Assembly: GCA_026415215.1 (NCBI GenBank)
Contig: JAOAHN010000026.1
Span: forward strand, 9,326-73,325
Origin: Candidatus Hydrogenedentota bacterium
GTDB taxonomy: Bacteria; Hydrogenedentota; Hydrogenedentia; Hydrogenedentales; Hydrogenedentaceae
DNA length: 64,000 bases
Direction: 5' to 3'
Shown: positions 9,765 to 19,895 of the stretch, one piece after another
How the letters are laid out: the number at the start of each line of letters is the position of its first letter
Position numbering within the stretch: the stretch's first letter is position 1
Program-made: the position numbers and the translations under genes
The notes under the pieces: model-generated
Database searches by the model: none
Told to the model about the DNA's origin: nothing
What the model saw: the letters and a program-made list of their open reading frames with translations, nothing else

Positions 9765-10781
9765 CTATAACTTCTCTCCCCATCTTGCCTTCTTTGATTG
9801 TTCTTCCAACCATCTGCATTGAAAAGCCAGTCTCTCTATCCACTGTGAAGGAGTATATCCAGCTACATTTGGATTATTTTTAGATTGGTAAGATACAGTG
9901 GTTATATGTTTTACTCCCACCGCGTAGAATAGTGCTACTAACTCCGCGTAGGAAAGTTCTCTCCTTTTCTCATAGTGCTCGAGAAGAAGCAATGTCCTCA
10001 TTCTGAGTTTCTCTTCATTTACACTTGTCCGAATACACAGATTAGACATCGCATATGAAATATCCTCAAGGTAACAACCAAGGCCTGCAAACTCAAGGTC
10101 TATAATAGCCACTAACTTCTCACCAGAAAACAATAAATTTGCTCCGTGCCAATCACCATGGATTAACCCTACTTCGAACAGAGACCTTTTCTCTATAGAA
10201 AGTTCTTGAACTGATCTTTGGATAAACTCTACCAGGTACCTATAGTGAGGTAAAAGAGTAGATTCATCCTTTTCCTGGCGAGCAAGGTTATAAAAGTGCA
10301 AGAATACATCCTTGGGAACCTCACTAAAACGCCACATATTTACATCGCGAGGAGGAGCAGGCAAGCCATAACAAACCTTATGAAACTTACCAAGAGCTTT
10401 AGCAGAAATAACCAATGTATTATGGGTTAGAACCATAGGCTCGCCCCTAACAAACTCTTGAAGTTCGAGAATCCAGTCATCTACTTCTACATATCCCTTA
10501 CCCGATTTTGCTCGCTGAATCCTTGCTACAGGTAAGCCATTAGCCAATAAGTGGTCTGACAATCTATGCTGAAAATTCAACGAGTCTATAACCTTCAACT
10601 CTCTTGCGTAGGTCTTAGCTAAAAATGTGCCTTTTGAAGTTTCAACTATCATCTTGCGATGTCTGCGTTGATGAGCACCCTCTACCGGTCGAGGAAGACC
10701 AACCTCGCCAAGGTCATAATTCTTCCTGATAACATCTGCTATTATTTCCAGCCCTTGCAACTGCGTCGTCATGGGTTCCAC
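9765..10781 (-). CDS. APH/choline-kinase-like phosphotransferase (homoserine kinase type II-like)
   Basis: Brenner motif IHGDWHGANLLF and IIDLEFA. Confidence 0.8.
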   Translation of the reverse strand: MEPMTTQLQGLEIIADVIRKNYDLGEVGLPRPVEGAHQRRHRKMIVETSKGTFLAKTYARELKVIDSLNFQHRLSDHLLANGLPVARIQRAKSGKGYVEVDDWILELQEFVRGEPMVLTHNTLVISAKALGKFHKVCYGLPAPPRDVNMWRFSEVPKDVFLHFYNLARQEKDESTLLPHYRYLVEFIQRSVQELSIEKRSLFEVGLIHGDWHGANLLFSGEKLVAIIDLEFAGLGCYLEDISYAMSNLCIRTSVNEEKLRMRTLLLLEHYEKRRELSYAELVALFYAVGVKHITTVSYQSKNNPNVAGYTPSQWIERLAFQCRWLEEQSKKARWGEKL

Positions 10782-10864
10782 ACTTCCGAATATACTGGTT
10801 TAATAATACTAAAAAGATACATCAAAATTAAATATTTATTAAATATTTGTCTCAGTTTACGATA

Positions 10865-11782
10865 CTACGAAGCAAAACTTTGAATATGTGGTCGCCAAAA
10901 CTCAACAGAGTTCTTTAAGTCTTGAATCACCATCTTATCATAGGGGTTTCTTTCTCTGTGACTAATCTCCAATACAAGAGATAACTCTTCATATTGAGAT
11001 TCTTTAATAACCGAAAGGATCTTTTCCGGTTTAATTTTTCCTCTCTCATTGTATTCCTTAGTGAATGGATAATGTCCCCCTTTATCTAACAGACTCTGCT
11101 TAAGATGTATAACCCTAATATCTCTATTAAAAATCTTGATCCATACCTCTGGATTTGTATCATCCGGATTTTCAGAAGTAATATCCCCATGGTCAACATC
11201 GTAGCAAATTTTCATAGGGATAGCGAAACCCTCCGCACAATTAGACTGTATAAACATCGTTGAAGTTATAGTTTCTCCAATCTCTCTTCCAACAGACATT
11301 GGCTCCCACAAAAGGAACTTAAGCCCAATTTCATGACCATATTCCGAAAGTTCTTGCCATCCCTCAATGCCCTTTTCCAACCTTAATCTTCTAATTTGCG
11401 CGTTTTCCCAATCTCTGATGGTCATTATTCCAAAATGACTACCAGCACCTATAGCACCAAGAGTCACGGACATCTCAAAGAACTTCTTAAACCACTCAAT
11501 CCAAATTTTCCTTATCTCATCGTTAGGATGCAATAGATGATTCACTCGTGTGAACTGAGATGTAAATGTAGTTTCAATTTCTACTCCTCTCTTATCGCAC
11601 TCATTCCTAATTTTCTCTACCCCTTTTTTCACTATATAATCAGGATACCAAGGATTTAACAAATCAGCAGTAAATTGAACCATATTTAATCCCAACTCGT
11701 CTGCTACTATACTAACCCAATCATCAGGCTCCACAAATCTGTTAATTGCAAAACCAGTGTTGATACCAAACTTAAGTTTCAT
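10865..11782 (-). CDS. eryC: TIM-barrel sugar-phosphate epimerase, EryC-like (D-erythrulose-1-phosphate 3-epimerase family)
   Basis: Motifs matching Brucella EryC as I recall it: INRFVEPDD, RVNHLLHP, WEPMSVGREIGET, DVDHGDITSENPDD, HLKQSLLDKGGHYPFT and LEISHRER. Confidence 0.75.
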   Translation of the reverse strand: MKLKFGINTGFAINRFVEPDDWVSIVADELGLNMVQFTADLLNPWYPDYIVKKGVEKIRNECDKRGVEIETTFTSQFTRVNHLLHPNDEIRKIWIEWFKKFFEMSVTLGAIGAGSHFGIMTIRDWENAQIRRLRLEKGIEGWQELSEYGHEIGLKFLLWEPMSVGREIGETITSTMFIQSNCAEGFAIPMKICYDVDHGDITSENPDDTNPEVWIKIFNRDIRVIHLKQSLLDKGGHYPFTKEYNERGKIKPEKILSVIKESQYEELSLVLEISHRERNPYDKMVIQDLKNSVEFWRPHIQSFAS

Positions 11783-11791
11783 AATTCTCCC

Positions 11792-12316
11792 TTAATCAAA
11801 CTCCAATACATATATATCCTTTAAGTTTCTATACATGTTATTAAAGTCCATCCCATAACCGACCACGAATCTATCCTCAACCTCAAAGCCTACATAATCT
11901 GCATTTATATGGGTAACGGTTTGAGATTTAATCTTCTTCAAGAGAACACACAAACGAATCATTTGCGGTCCTTGGGTACACAGCCAATTTAGAATAAAAG
12001 AGGTAGTCTTTCCAGTATCAAGAATATCCTCTATCAATAATACTTTTTTACCAGAAATGTTATCTGTAGGTAAGTACTGCACTTCAATCTCCCCACTACT
12101 ACTATTCCCTCTATAACTACACACCTTAAAAAAGTCCACTGAAGAAACCGGTGGAAGACTTTTAAGCAAGTCCGAGGCAAAAAACATCGCACCTTTAAGA
12201 ACAATTATTACTTGAAGATTATCAGAACTTATTTCAGAGGAAATCTGAAAAGCTAATTCCTGCACTCTTTTTTGTATAGAATTATAAGTAATTAATGGTG
12301 GCTCTCGCAATTGCAT
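11792..12316 (-). CDS. hpt: Hypoxanthine phosphoribosyltransferase
   Basis: VLKGAMFF, LIEDILDTGKT and FVVGYGMDF; located directly after tilS. Confidence 0.95.
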   Translation of the reverse strand: MQLREPPLITYNSIQKRVQELAFQISSEISSDNLQVIIVLKGAMFFASDLLKSLPPVSSVDFFKVCSYRGNSSSGEIEVQYLPTDNISGKKVLLIEDILDTGKTTSFILNWLCTQGPQMIRLCVLLKKIKSQTVTHINADYVGFEVEDRFVVGYGMDFNNMYRNLKDIYVLEFD

Positions 12317-13677
12317 GGAACTACCTCTATTTCAAGAACTCTTCTGGTAAATGGAGTAACCACTCCTATCATTGTCGGAATATAGCCCACAACCCAAATT
12401 ATTCCTCTCTGAGTAAACAATAAAGGAACTTTCTCCCTTTCTGGTAAGGGCACACCCAAGTCGATAAAGTAGTCGCTAAGCTTCTTTTGCGAATTCATTC
12501 CCAAGGGGACAATCCTATCCCCATTTTCCCGTGTTCTAACCCAAACGCCGTCTGCCAAAGCATCTGCATCAAAAACTTGTAAATAAGGCTTACAATAAGA
12601 TTTCCAATCATAATTTACCGGTAACATAGCTATCCGAGCGTTAAAGTGGTAACCAAGAGCGCATGTTACACCCGGAACTTTCAATCGAATAGCAGGTGAT
12701 GAGTTCTTGATACTATCTTGGGGAATAAATTCGGTCCACTCTTTTCCATTGTAAAGTAAAATGCCTTGACCCAAGTCAAACTTTTGTCCAGTAGCACCTG
12801 TGAGTATAAACTTTGAAGCAGAAATAATTCGATCGTATGTACATTCTATCCCTCTCTTCTGAAGAATCATCGCCAAGCATCTTCTGCGAATTGCTTCATG
12901 ATACTCAGCAAATCTTACTCTCGAAATTTTTCGGTCTACATAGATATGTTGAATTGCTCCTTCAGTAACTTTTGAAATGAACTCATTCTCACATTGTTGT
13001 AATTCTACAAGATGTAATATCGCCTCTCTAATCTTCTGGTTATATATCCTCAACTCTGGTATCAAAGAATTCCTAATCTTATTCCTGAAGTAATCCATTT
13101 TATAATTTGAAGAATCAACTCTCCATACAATACCTCTGTCAGAAAGCCAATTCTCTATCATTCCCTTCGTGCAATAGTATAATGGCCTTATTACCCTTAT
13201 ACCTTCCTCGACTCTTACAATAGGTATTCCAGTAAGACCTAAAGGGGTAGTTCCCCGTATTAATCTCATCAACACCGTTTCCACTTGGTCATCCGCGTGA
13301 TGTCCTGTTGCGAGCACTTCACAGTTTCGAGCTCGAGCAGTTTCAAAAAGAAACTTATAACGAACCTCCCGAGCGTATTCTTCAAAAGAGCGCTTCAACT
13401 GAATGGCCTCCTCCTCCACAGGTTTTGACTTCAAGTGAAAAGGTAAACCCAATTTCTTTGCAAGATCTCTTACAAATTCAGCATCTTTCTTGCTCTCGCC
13501 TTTGCGAGTCTGATGATCAAAATGAGCAACTTCAAGGTTATATCCCAAATCAAACAGAGCATATAGCAATGCTACGGAATCCGCACCTCCAGAGACTGCA
13601 ACAAGCACCTTTTCATCAGGAGAAATCAGATCAAAATCCGTAATAACTTTTTTAACTAAAGCTAACATCATACGCAT
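12292..13677 (-). CDS. tilS: tRNA(Ile)-lysidine synthetase
   Basis: PP-loop AVSGGADS, TGHHADDQVET, RPL and RNKIR, plus the C-terminal TilS_C region (KKLSDYFID..VP). Confidence 0.96.
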   Translation of the reverse strand: MRMMLALVKKVITDFDLISPDEKVLVAVSGGADSVALLYALFDLGYNLEVAHFDHQTRKGESKKDAEFVRDLAKKLGLPFHLKSKPVEEEAIQLKRSFEEYAREVRYKFLFETARARNCEVLATGHHADDQVETVLMRLIRGTTPLGLTGIPIVRVEEGIRVIRPLYYCTKGMIENWLSDRGIVWRVDSSNYKMDYFRNKIRNSLIPELRIYNQKIREAILHLVELQQCENEFISKVTEGAIQHIYVDRKISRVRFAEYHEAIRRRCLAMILQKRGIECTYDRIISASKFILTGATGQKFDLGQGILLYNGKEWTEFIPQDSIKNSSPAIRLKVPGVTCALGYHFNARIAMLPVNYDWKSYCKPYLQVFDADALADGVWVRTRENGDRIVPLGMNSQKKLSDYFIDLGVPLPEREKVPLLFTQRGIIWVVGYIPTMIGVVTPFTRRVLEIEVVPCNCESHH

Positions 13678-13792
13678 TCGTTATTAGTTCTGAAAAAAAC
13701 CGAGCTCAAATACACACAGAATTGAGCTACAAGAGAAGACAACTTTAATTTATCTCAGGTTATATCTTATTATACTTTAAACGCCTGAAAGA

Positions 13793-14809
13793 TTGTATCT
13801 TATGAATGAAAAAGAGGACCTTCAGCTCCCAAAAGATAAGATGAGGCTTTGTCCAATCTGCAGAATGCCTATAAGTGTTTGGGCTATAAGATGCAGATTT
13901 TGTGGAGAAACAGTAGGCAGACCCAAAAAGGAAATGGAAACCTTCACAATAAAAGATTTAGGCGGAGAGACTCCAGCAGAAGGAAGTCTTGTTTCCCAAG
14001 ATGTTTTAGAAGCAATTGAAGAATTTAGAAGAGAACTTCTTGACACTCCCCATGAGGAGCCCCCTCCTTCAATTTGGAATCTGTGGAGAAAAAAAGAAAG
14101 CCAGGTAGATAAATCTACCTCCCTATCCCATTCTTCACACCAGCGGGAAAAAGTATTTGACCCGCTAAAAATAATCTTAGCAATATCAGCTTTAGTCACT
14201 TTATGCATTCTGACTTACTTTATAGTTCCTATAGCCATAAATCGGATTAAGGTTCTTTTTCTTCAACAGCCCTCATATCCAAATGTAGAAAATAAAGCCA
14301 TGATACTACTTGAGAAAAATGCCCCTTGGAAAACAGTTATAGAGGAAGCACTTAATGCATGTGAAATTGCCCCTACTGAAGAAAACAAACGAATTCTCTC
14401 GGAGGTAAGAAACCGATTTATAGTATATGTGAATACGCTACTTACAAATCCTATCTATGACCCGGCCCATTACGGTGAAGCATCAAGGGTAGTTTCCGAA
14501 GTTATGAAAATTGACTATGACCCACAAATTCAAGAATTATATAGAAAAGTAATGGAAGAAATCTCTGCATACAAAATGACAGTAACTCAAATCGATTATC
14601 AAAATAAAAAGGCAGTATTACATCTAAGCAACCCAACATTTGGATTAAAGGAACAAATAGTTACCGAAGGTGATATTGTCCAAGACAGGTTTCTTGTTGT
14701 GCAAATATTACCATCGAGAGTTCGGCTCGAGGATAAAAAAGTTGTAATAGATGGAAAACCAAGAAAGTTATCTGTTGCTCTATTAGGGGAATTAAAATCT
14801 GATATATAG
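13793..14809 (+). CDS. Hypothetical single-TM protein with N-terminal zinc ribbon
   Basis: CPIC-x9-CRFC near the N-terminus, one TM segment (about aa 125-148), and a C-terminal beta-rich segment EGDIVQDRFLVVQILPSRVRL. Start may be ATG 13802. Confidence 0.7.
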   Translation: MYLMNEKEDLQLPKDKMRLCPICRMPISVWAIRCRFCGETVGRPKKEMETFTIKDLGGETPAEGSLVSQDVLEAIEEFRRELLDTPHEEPPPSIWNLWRKKESQVDKSTSLSHSSHQREKVFDPLKIILAISALVTLCILTYFIVPIAINRIKVLFLQQPSYPNVENKAMILLEKNAPWKTVIEEALNACEIAPTEENKRILSEVRNRFIVYVNTLLTNPIYDPAHYGEASRVVSEVMKIDYDPQIQELYRKVMEEISAYKMTVTQIDYQNKKAVLHLSNPTFGLKEQIVTEGDIVQDRFLVVQILPSRVRLEDKKVVIDGKPRKLSVALLGELKSDI

Positions 14810-14814
14810 AAGGA

Positions 14815-15450
14815 TTGCATATGATGAAAAAACACATTTATTTAATCTCTTTTTCTGTTCCTATTCTACTCTTTTATTCTTCCTGTGCAACATTAAAAGA
14901 ATATGTTCCCTGGAGCAACGGAAAATCTGAGCAAGGACAGAAACAAGAAAAATCATCTTTACAAGTCAAAGTCCCCACTAAGGAAGACTACATATCTGAG
15001 TTAAGAAATATAATAGAAAATGAGATTAAGACCGCCTCTACCGCAGATAAAAATAGAATTTACCGCAAAAGACCTTACTATTGGAAAAACTATGCAGTAT
15101 ATGACGAACAAACCCCTAATATTGAGATACAGGAAACTGATAGTAAAGCCAAACCCTATATAGCAAGAGTAAAGTTAAATAAAACTCTATACTACACTCG
15201 GCTTCATAGAAACCGCCGAGATGCTGAAGAGGATGAAAACCTAATAAGAGGTATAGGTACGGAAACCTCGATTTATGAATTAAGAAACGGTAGATGGGTT
15301 AAAATAGGTTCTACATTTATACCAGAAAAAACAGAAAAATATGAAGGCAATCAGTGGGTTGCAGTCAGAGAGGAAGAGGTAGTAAAAGAGCAGAGTCTTG
15401 AAAAACCTAAAGAAGGCTTCTTCAAGCGAATTCGTTCGTGGATATTCTAA
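14815..15450 (+). CDS. Hypothetical lipoprotein
   Basis: Signal peptide with lipobox-like YSSC; co-oriented 5 nt after the previous gene. Confidence 0.65.
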   Translation: MHMMKKHIYLISFSVPILLFYSSCATLKEYVPWSNGKSEQGQKQEKSSLQVKVPTKEDYISELRNIIENEIKTASTADKNRIYRKRPYYWKNYAVYDEQTPNIEIQETDSKAKPYIARVKLNKTLYYTRLHRNRRDAEEDENLIRGIGTETSIYELRNGRWVKIGSTFIPEKTEKYEGNQWVAVREEEVVKEQSLEKPKEGFFKRIRSWIF

Positions 15451-15480
15451 ACCTCATAATTTTTTATCCTTTCATAGAGA

Positions 15481-16779
15481 ATGAATAGAGATTTGGTAAG
15501 AAGTGTATTTTTCTACTCATTAGATCTATTAGTCATTGGTTTAGCAATTCTTTGGGCTTTTTCAGGAACTAAAACTGTGCTTGCGGGAGAAACTGTAATT
15601 AGTAGACTTGCTACAGTCTATGCATTGACACATCACAGAACTTTTTACATCCGAGATTACCCAGGAGTACCCCCTAATCCCTTTGAAGATAAGACTATAG
15701 ACAAAGTGAAAGGCAAAAAAGGTATTATCTCGAGCAAACCTCCTGTGCTCTCTATTATAATGGCTGGAGAATATATTTTACTGAGAAAATTAGGCTTTTC
15801 ATTAGACAACCCTGACCACCTGAAATCCATTGTTAGATTTTACATATTCTCTCTAATCATCCCTCTATATGTAATATCCCTCATAATCACTTGGCTATTT
15901 CTAAAAAAAACTGGGGGAAGTCCTCTCGTTAGAACTGCGACCATAGTATTATTATCTTTTGGGACTCAGTGGTCAGCATTTTCATGCCATTTCACCAATC
16001 ATTTGCCAGGTGGAGCTTTACTCTTAATCTACCTATATTGCCTTTGGAACATTATTCAAGGTAAGAACCCCATATTGTTTGGCCTTTTGAGTGGGATATT
16101 AGCCTCATTAGTATTTACTATAGACTTACCCCTCACAATATTCGTCGTTGGCGGATTCTTATACGCCTTGTGGCTCACCGGTTTTTCAAAACTAATCTGG
16201 GTTCCTATAGGAGCTCTTCCTATATTAGCCTTACACTTTACAGTTATGTTTCACATTACAGGTAACATACTTCCTGTGCAGATAAGCAATAAACCCTTCC
16301 TTTTCGAAGACTCCTATTGGCGACATCCTATAGGCATAGATGCTTTACACCATCCTAAGTGGTTATACGCAGTAAACATTATGGTAGGAGCAAAAGGCTT
16401 ATTTCTTCTTTACCCTGTTCTTATTCTATTCATACTAAACTTTATCCCAAAAATTTGGAGGTCCTATCATAAAGATATAAAAATAGCTCTTTTCGCTTTA
16501 GGGGTTTGCTTTCTATTTCTGAATATCTACTACATCTTCTCTACAAACAATTATGGTGGTATGTCATACGGCTTCAGGTGGCATACTGGAAGCATGCCTA
16601 TTTTAGCATTGGGCACTGTTCCTATACTTGAGAAGTATAAAAAAAATAAAGTTTTCTGGTTGTGTTGGTTTGTCCTATTTCTTATCTCCACTTATTCTAC
16701 CTTTGAATGCAGAGAGAATCCCTGGACTATTGACAATGAGTGGACCACACGACTTATATTTGGTCCCCTTAGCCAATGA
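15481..16779 (+). CDS. Polytopic membrane protein, probable GT-C fold glycosyltransferase
   Basis: About 10 TM segments; SSKPPVLS, FTNH and YGGMSYGFRW resemble ArnT/PMT-like loop motifs. Confidence 0.6.
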   Translation: MNRDLVRSVFFYSLDLLVIGLAILWAFSGTKTVLAGETVISRLATVYALTHHRTFYIRDYPGVPPNPFEDKTIDKVKGKKGIISSKPPVLSIIMAGEYILLRKLGFSLDNPDHLKSIVRFYIFSLIIPLYVISLIITWLFLKKTGGSPLVRTATIVLLSFGTQWSAFSCHFTNHLPGGALLLIYLYCLWNIIQGKNPILFGLLSGILASLVFTIDLPLTIFVVGGFLYALWLTGFSKLIWVPIGALPILALHFTVMFHITGNILPVQISNKPFLFEDSYWRHPIGIDALHHPKWLYAVNIMVGAKGLFLLYPVLILFILNFIPKIWRSYHKDIKIALFALGVCFLFLNIYYIFSTNNYGGMSYGFRWHTGSMPILALGTVPILEKYKKNKVFWLCWFVLFLISTYSTFECRENPWTIDNEWTTRLIFGPLSQ

Positions 16780-16827
16780 CAAGTTAATTTCTCTTCAGAA
16801 ACTTTATGGAGAAGACTTATTAAGACA

Positions 16828-16863
16828 CTTAAAATCTTATTCTTGCTTAAAATCTTATTCTTG
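16828..16863. repeat. Perfect 18-bp tandem duplication (CTTAAAATCTTATTCTTG x2) across the lptD stop codon
   Basis: 16828-16845 is identical to 16846-16863. Confidence 0.95.
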
Positions 16864-19477
16864 TACCTGGGAACGCAGTTAAACTAAACTCGACACTAAT
16901 ATCAGTTCCCCTTTCTCTTTCTGTCCACCTAATACCTAAATCCCAACAGTGTAGATTTCGCCTTATTTCGTAAGTTTGTCTTCTCATATCCCCGTTCTCA
17001 AGGTCATATATATGTTCGAATGCTACTGACCACTTATCACTAATCTTATAGCCTAACCCATAGAGAATGTCTTTATTGAACACATCATCTTCAGTCTCAG
17101 CAAGCATATACCCTATCCTCCCATTGTATTTCCCGCCCATAATAGTATTATCGAAATAAAATAGGCCCAACACTCTTGAATAGTCACCAAAAATTAAATC
17201 GTAATTTCTACTAAATGGATACTCATTCTTATCCCAAAACCATTCTTGCACCTTCTCTCTCAACCTCGAATCTAATCTATGATTATCCAATATCTCATAC
17301 CATTTGATATCTTCACCTACATGTTTCTCAGCCACTAATTGTAAACCATACCATATCCTTGGTCTTATATCTATCTCCAACTCATAATCATCTGACTTAT
17401 GATATTCATTCCAAAAATCATTTCCTTGATAAAATGTTATCCTTGCGATTTGCCACACCTCTTGACTCTCAGCATCTTTACCATAAAAAATATTTTCTAT
17501 TTTTGATTCAATTCTCATCTGACCAGAAACTATATCGAGCGGGTCGAAGTAATATCTATCCTCTATGTTATATGCCGAAGGAGTTCTATATGATAGTGTA
17601 AGCGAGGGCACAATCACATGCTTTACCGACGAGAAGTCAAGAAAACTTCCAAAGACCCTAACCAACCGAGTCTGAAGAGTAACTCCAACCTTTTGGGAAA
17701 TTCCACCTATACCTTCATCTTCATTTACACTCTTAGAATACCAATTAACCTGGGTCTCAGAGAAGGGAGTAATCTTTATAGGTCCCAAAGATCTTAAATC
17801 GTATGTTAGCCTTAGAATGTTAACTGTCCTAAGAGCATCGTATTCATACACTTCACGCCGATTATAACCCGTGAAAGTATCAAAAGATAGATAGAGACTC
17901 TCTGTTAAGGGATGTTCAAGCCAGTGAAATGTAAACTCTGGCAACCTTTCCGTTTCATGAACCCAACCATGAGTTCCTATTCTGGCGGTACCTGTTAGAA
18001 TATATTCAGGCTGTCTATAAGTTACATTCAGAAATGTCCTCGGTTCAGTTCTATCTCGATACTTCTTATAGAAGAAATCTTTATAAAAGTCTTCGTCACT
18101 CCAGTGTTCCAATTGAGATATAAATATTAAATCATCACTTGGCTCGAACCTATGTTTTATGTGAATATAACCTCTGTCTTCGGTGGTATAAAGTCCTTGA
18201 GCTTCACCCTTTGTTCTGTAGAAAAAAGATGTCGGCTCATCCATAAAATCCCATAATATATCTCCCCCAAATCCTACTCCCTCCTCTTCAGTAAGCATTA
18301 TCCTCGGCCCAAGGCTAACATTTCTCCCGAGTTCATGTTGATACCCTACATTTATGTAACCCCCAATACCCGACTCTCTCCCGATGTCAAAATCAAACCC
18401 ACCTAAAGCACTTCCCTCCCCGAACCAGAGTGGAAGAAATAAAGGAGTAGTGACTCTCCCTACTTGGAGACGGAGATACTCTGCTTTCTTAAACTTTGAC
18501 TCCTCTACTTCCAAACTCCTCACTTTTATGCGGTAATGAGGAGGATCCTTATCACAGGTAGTAATCCATACATCCTCAGCAGAGAATGTATCCCGCCCTT
18601 TTATTTCCAACCTACCCGCACGGAAATAGAAAGGACCTATTTGCCCCTTCGCATCCTCAAGATAACCCGTATTTTTCAGCAGATTAAAGTCTATAACGCC
18701 AGCGTAAAAATCACGGAGTGGGTCTTTTATACTCAATTGTTCAGCATAGATCCTACCTGTCGTCAATCTCTTTTTAGCTATTTCTTCTTCAGACATTACA
18801 GGTTTGAAGATTTGGGGATATTTAGATATATCCTCAGCTCCTGGAGTAGTATAGATAATCCTATTTGCCTTTAACTCCGCCTCTTTCTGAGTAATTAAAA
18901 CATTACCTTCAGCCATGATTTCTCCAATATCTTCAGTATAAGTAAACTTATCAGAGCGGAAAAACAACTCTCCAAATTTTAACCTCACACTTCCCTCTAA
19001 TACAGTTTTCCCGGATTCTAACTCTCTCCTCATCCTATCTGCCTGAATATCTTTGAAAGGCTGTCTCCAATCCGGAGGGACAAAGCCTTCTGCTTCAGAG
19101 CCAATCGTCAACGGTTGAGAAAACGCGTCTTTTAGGGAGCGAGGCTTTAAATCTACCATCGGACTTAAAGACGGTTTAGTAGAGATAGGAGCGCGTACCC
19201 TCTCAAGGAGAGGGTATCTCTTTATCACTTTACTCGTGGTTTGGGAACCTTCTTGGGGAGCAACTTTTTCCTCTTTAGATTTTTGGACAGTAAAATTCTT
19301 TCTTACACCATTTTTTACCTTCTTGGATTCTGATTCTCTCTCATTAGATACCGCATTTTTGCTCCCATTTGAGTTCAAATCTACTTCCACAGAGTGTAAA
19401 TCAATTGCAAAAGTAAGGAATAATGTAGAGGCTAAAACTGTAACTAAAAATAATTTAGTGACTCTCAAAAAGCCCAT
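16847..19477 (-). CDS. lptD: LPS-assembly outer-membrane protein LptD (OstA) family
   Basis: Signal peptide; OstA-like beta-jellyroll (AEGNVLI, WITTCDKDPPHY); long amphipathic beta-strand C-terminal region ending in Phe (TRIRF). Confidence 0.8.
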   Translation of the reverse strand: MGFLRVTKLFLVTVLASTLFLTFAIDLHSVEVDLNSNGSKNAVSNERESESKKVKNGVRKNFTVQKSKEEKVAPQEGSQTTSKVIKRYPLLERVRAPISTKPSLSPMVDLKPRSLKDAFSQPLTIGSEAEGFVPPDWRQPFKDIQADRMRRELESGKTVLEGSVRLKFGELFFRSDKFTYTEDIGEIMAEGNVLITQKEAELKANRIIYTTPGAEDISKYPQIFKPVMSEEEIAKKRLTTGRIYAEQLSIKDPLRDFYAGVIDFNLLKNTGYLEDAKGQIGPFYFRAGRLEIKGRDTFSAEDVWITTCDKDPPHYRIKVRSLEVEESKFKKAEYLRLQVGRVTTPLFLPLWFGEGSALGGFDFDIGRESGIGGYINVGYQHELGRNVSLGPRIMLTEEEGVGFGGDILWDFMDEPTSFFYRTKGEAQGLYTTEDRGYIHIKHRFEPSDDLIFISQLEHWSDEDFYKDFFYKKYRDRTEPRTFLNVTYRQPEYILTGTARIGTHGWVHETERLPEFTFHWLEHPLTESLYLSFDTFTGYNRREVYEYDALRTVNILRLTYDLRSLGPIKITPFSETQVNWYSKSVNEDEGIGGISQKVGVTLQTRLVRVFGSFLDFSSVKHVIVPSLTLSYRTPSAYNIEDRYYFDPLDIVSGQMRIESKIENIFYGKDAESQEVWQIARITFYQGNDFWNEYHKSDDYELEIDIRPRIWYGLQLVAEKHVGEDIKWYEILDNHRLDSRLREKVQEWFWDKNEYPFSRNYDLIFGDYSRVLGLFYFDNTIMGGKYNGRIGYMLAETEDDVFNKDILYGLGYKISDKWSVAFEHIYDLENGDMRRQTYEIRRNLHCWDLGIRWTERERGTDISVEFSLTAFPGTRIRF

Positions 19478-19556
19478 TGGGAAATAACCTCACAACAAAT
19501 TCAACATTTACAATTACAATATTTACTCTTGATATGCGCCTGATATATGCTAATAT

Positions 19557-19895
19557 CTACCTATCCGGCAATAAAACCCAAAAAGCAGGTATTCTTTTCT
19601 TCTGAGGCTGAATCTGCTTTACACTATCAGAACTTCCCATGTCTTTTACACTTCTTTCTGTGCCAACATCTTCCTTTAAGGAGGGTACATTTTCTCTTTT
19701 TCCCTCATGCTCTCTTTTGTCCTGTGGGTTCTTAACTTCTGGAGCAGGTTTAGTACCTTTATCCTCCGTCCAAACGGGTTTATTGAATAAAAGGAAACCG
19801 CATAAAAACACCAATACAATTGATAAGATAAAAAATTTCCTCTTTACAAAATTTTCCGGAGCCTTTTCAATGCAAGCTCCACATCTCAAATTCAT
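19557..19895 (-). CDS. Small hypothetical membrane-anchored protein
   Basis: ATGA overlap with the upstream kinase stop; one TM followed by a charged low-complexity tail ending RIPAFWVLLPDR. Confidence 0.55.
   Translation of the reverse strand: MNLRCGACIEKAPENFVKRKFFILSIVLVFLCGFLLFNKPVWTEDKGTKPAPEVKNPQDKREHEGKRENVPSLKEDVGTERSVKDMGSSDSVKQIQPQKKRIPAFWVLLPDR

Noticed and set aside
9733-9771. Possible antisense promoter (TTGACG ... TGCTATAAC) at the AKR/phosphotransferase junction
   Set aside because: The -35/-10 spacing is about 27 nt, and the -10-like hexamer coincides with the phosphotransferase stop codon; probably chance.
10827-10848. 11-bp tandem ATTAAATATTT x2 upstream of the phosphotransferase
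   Set aside because: Pure A/T sequence in an AT-rich intergenic region, plausible by chance, with no supporting context.
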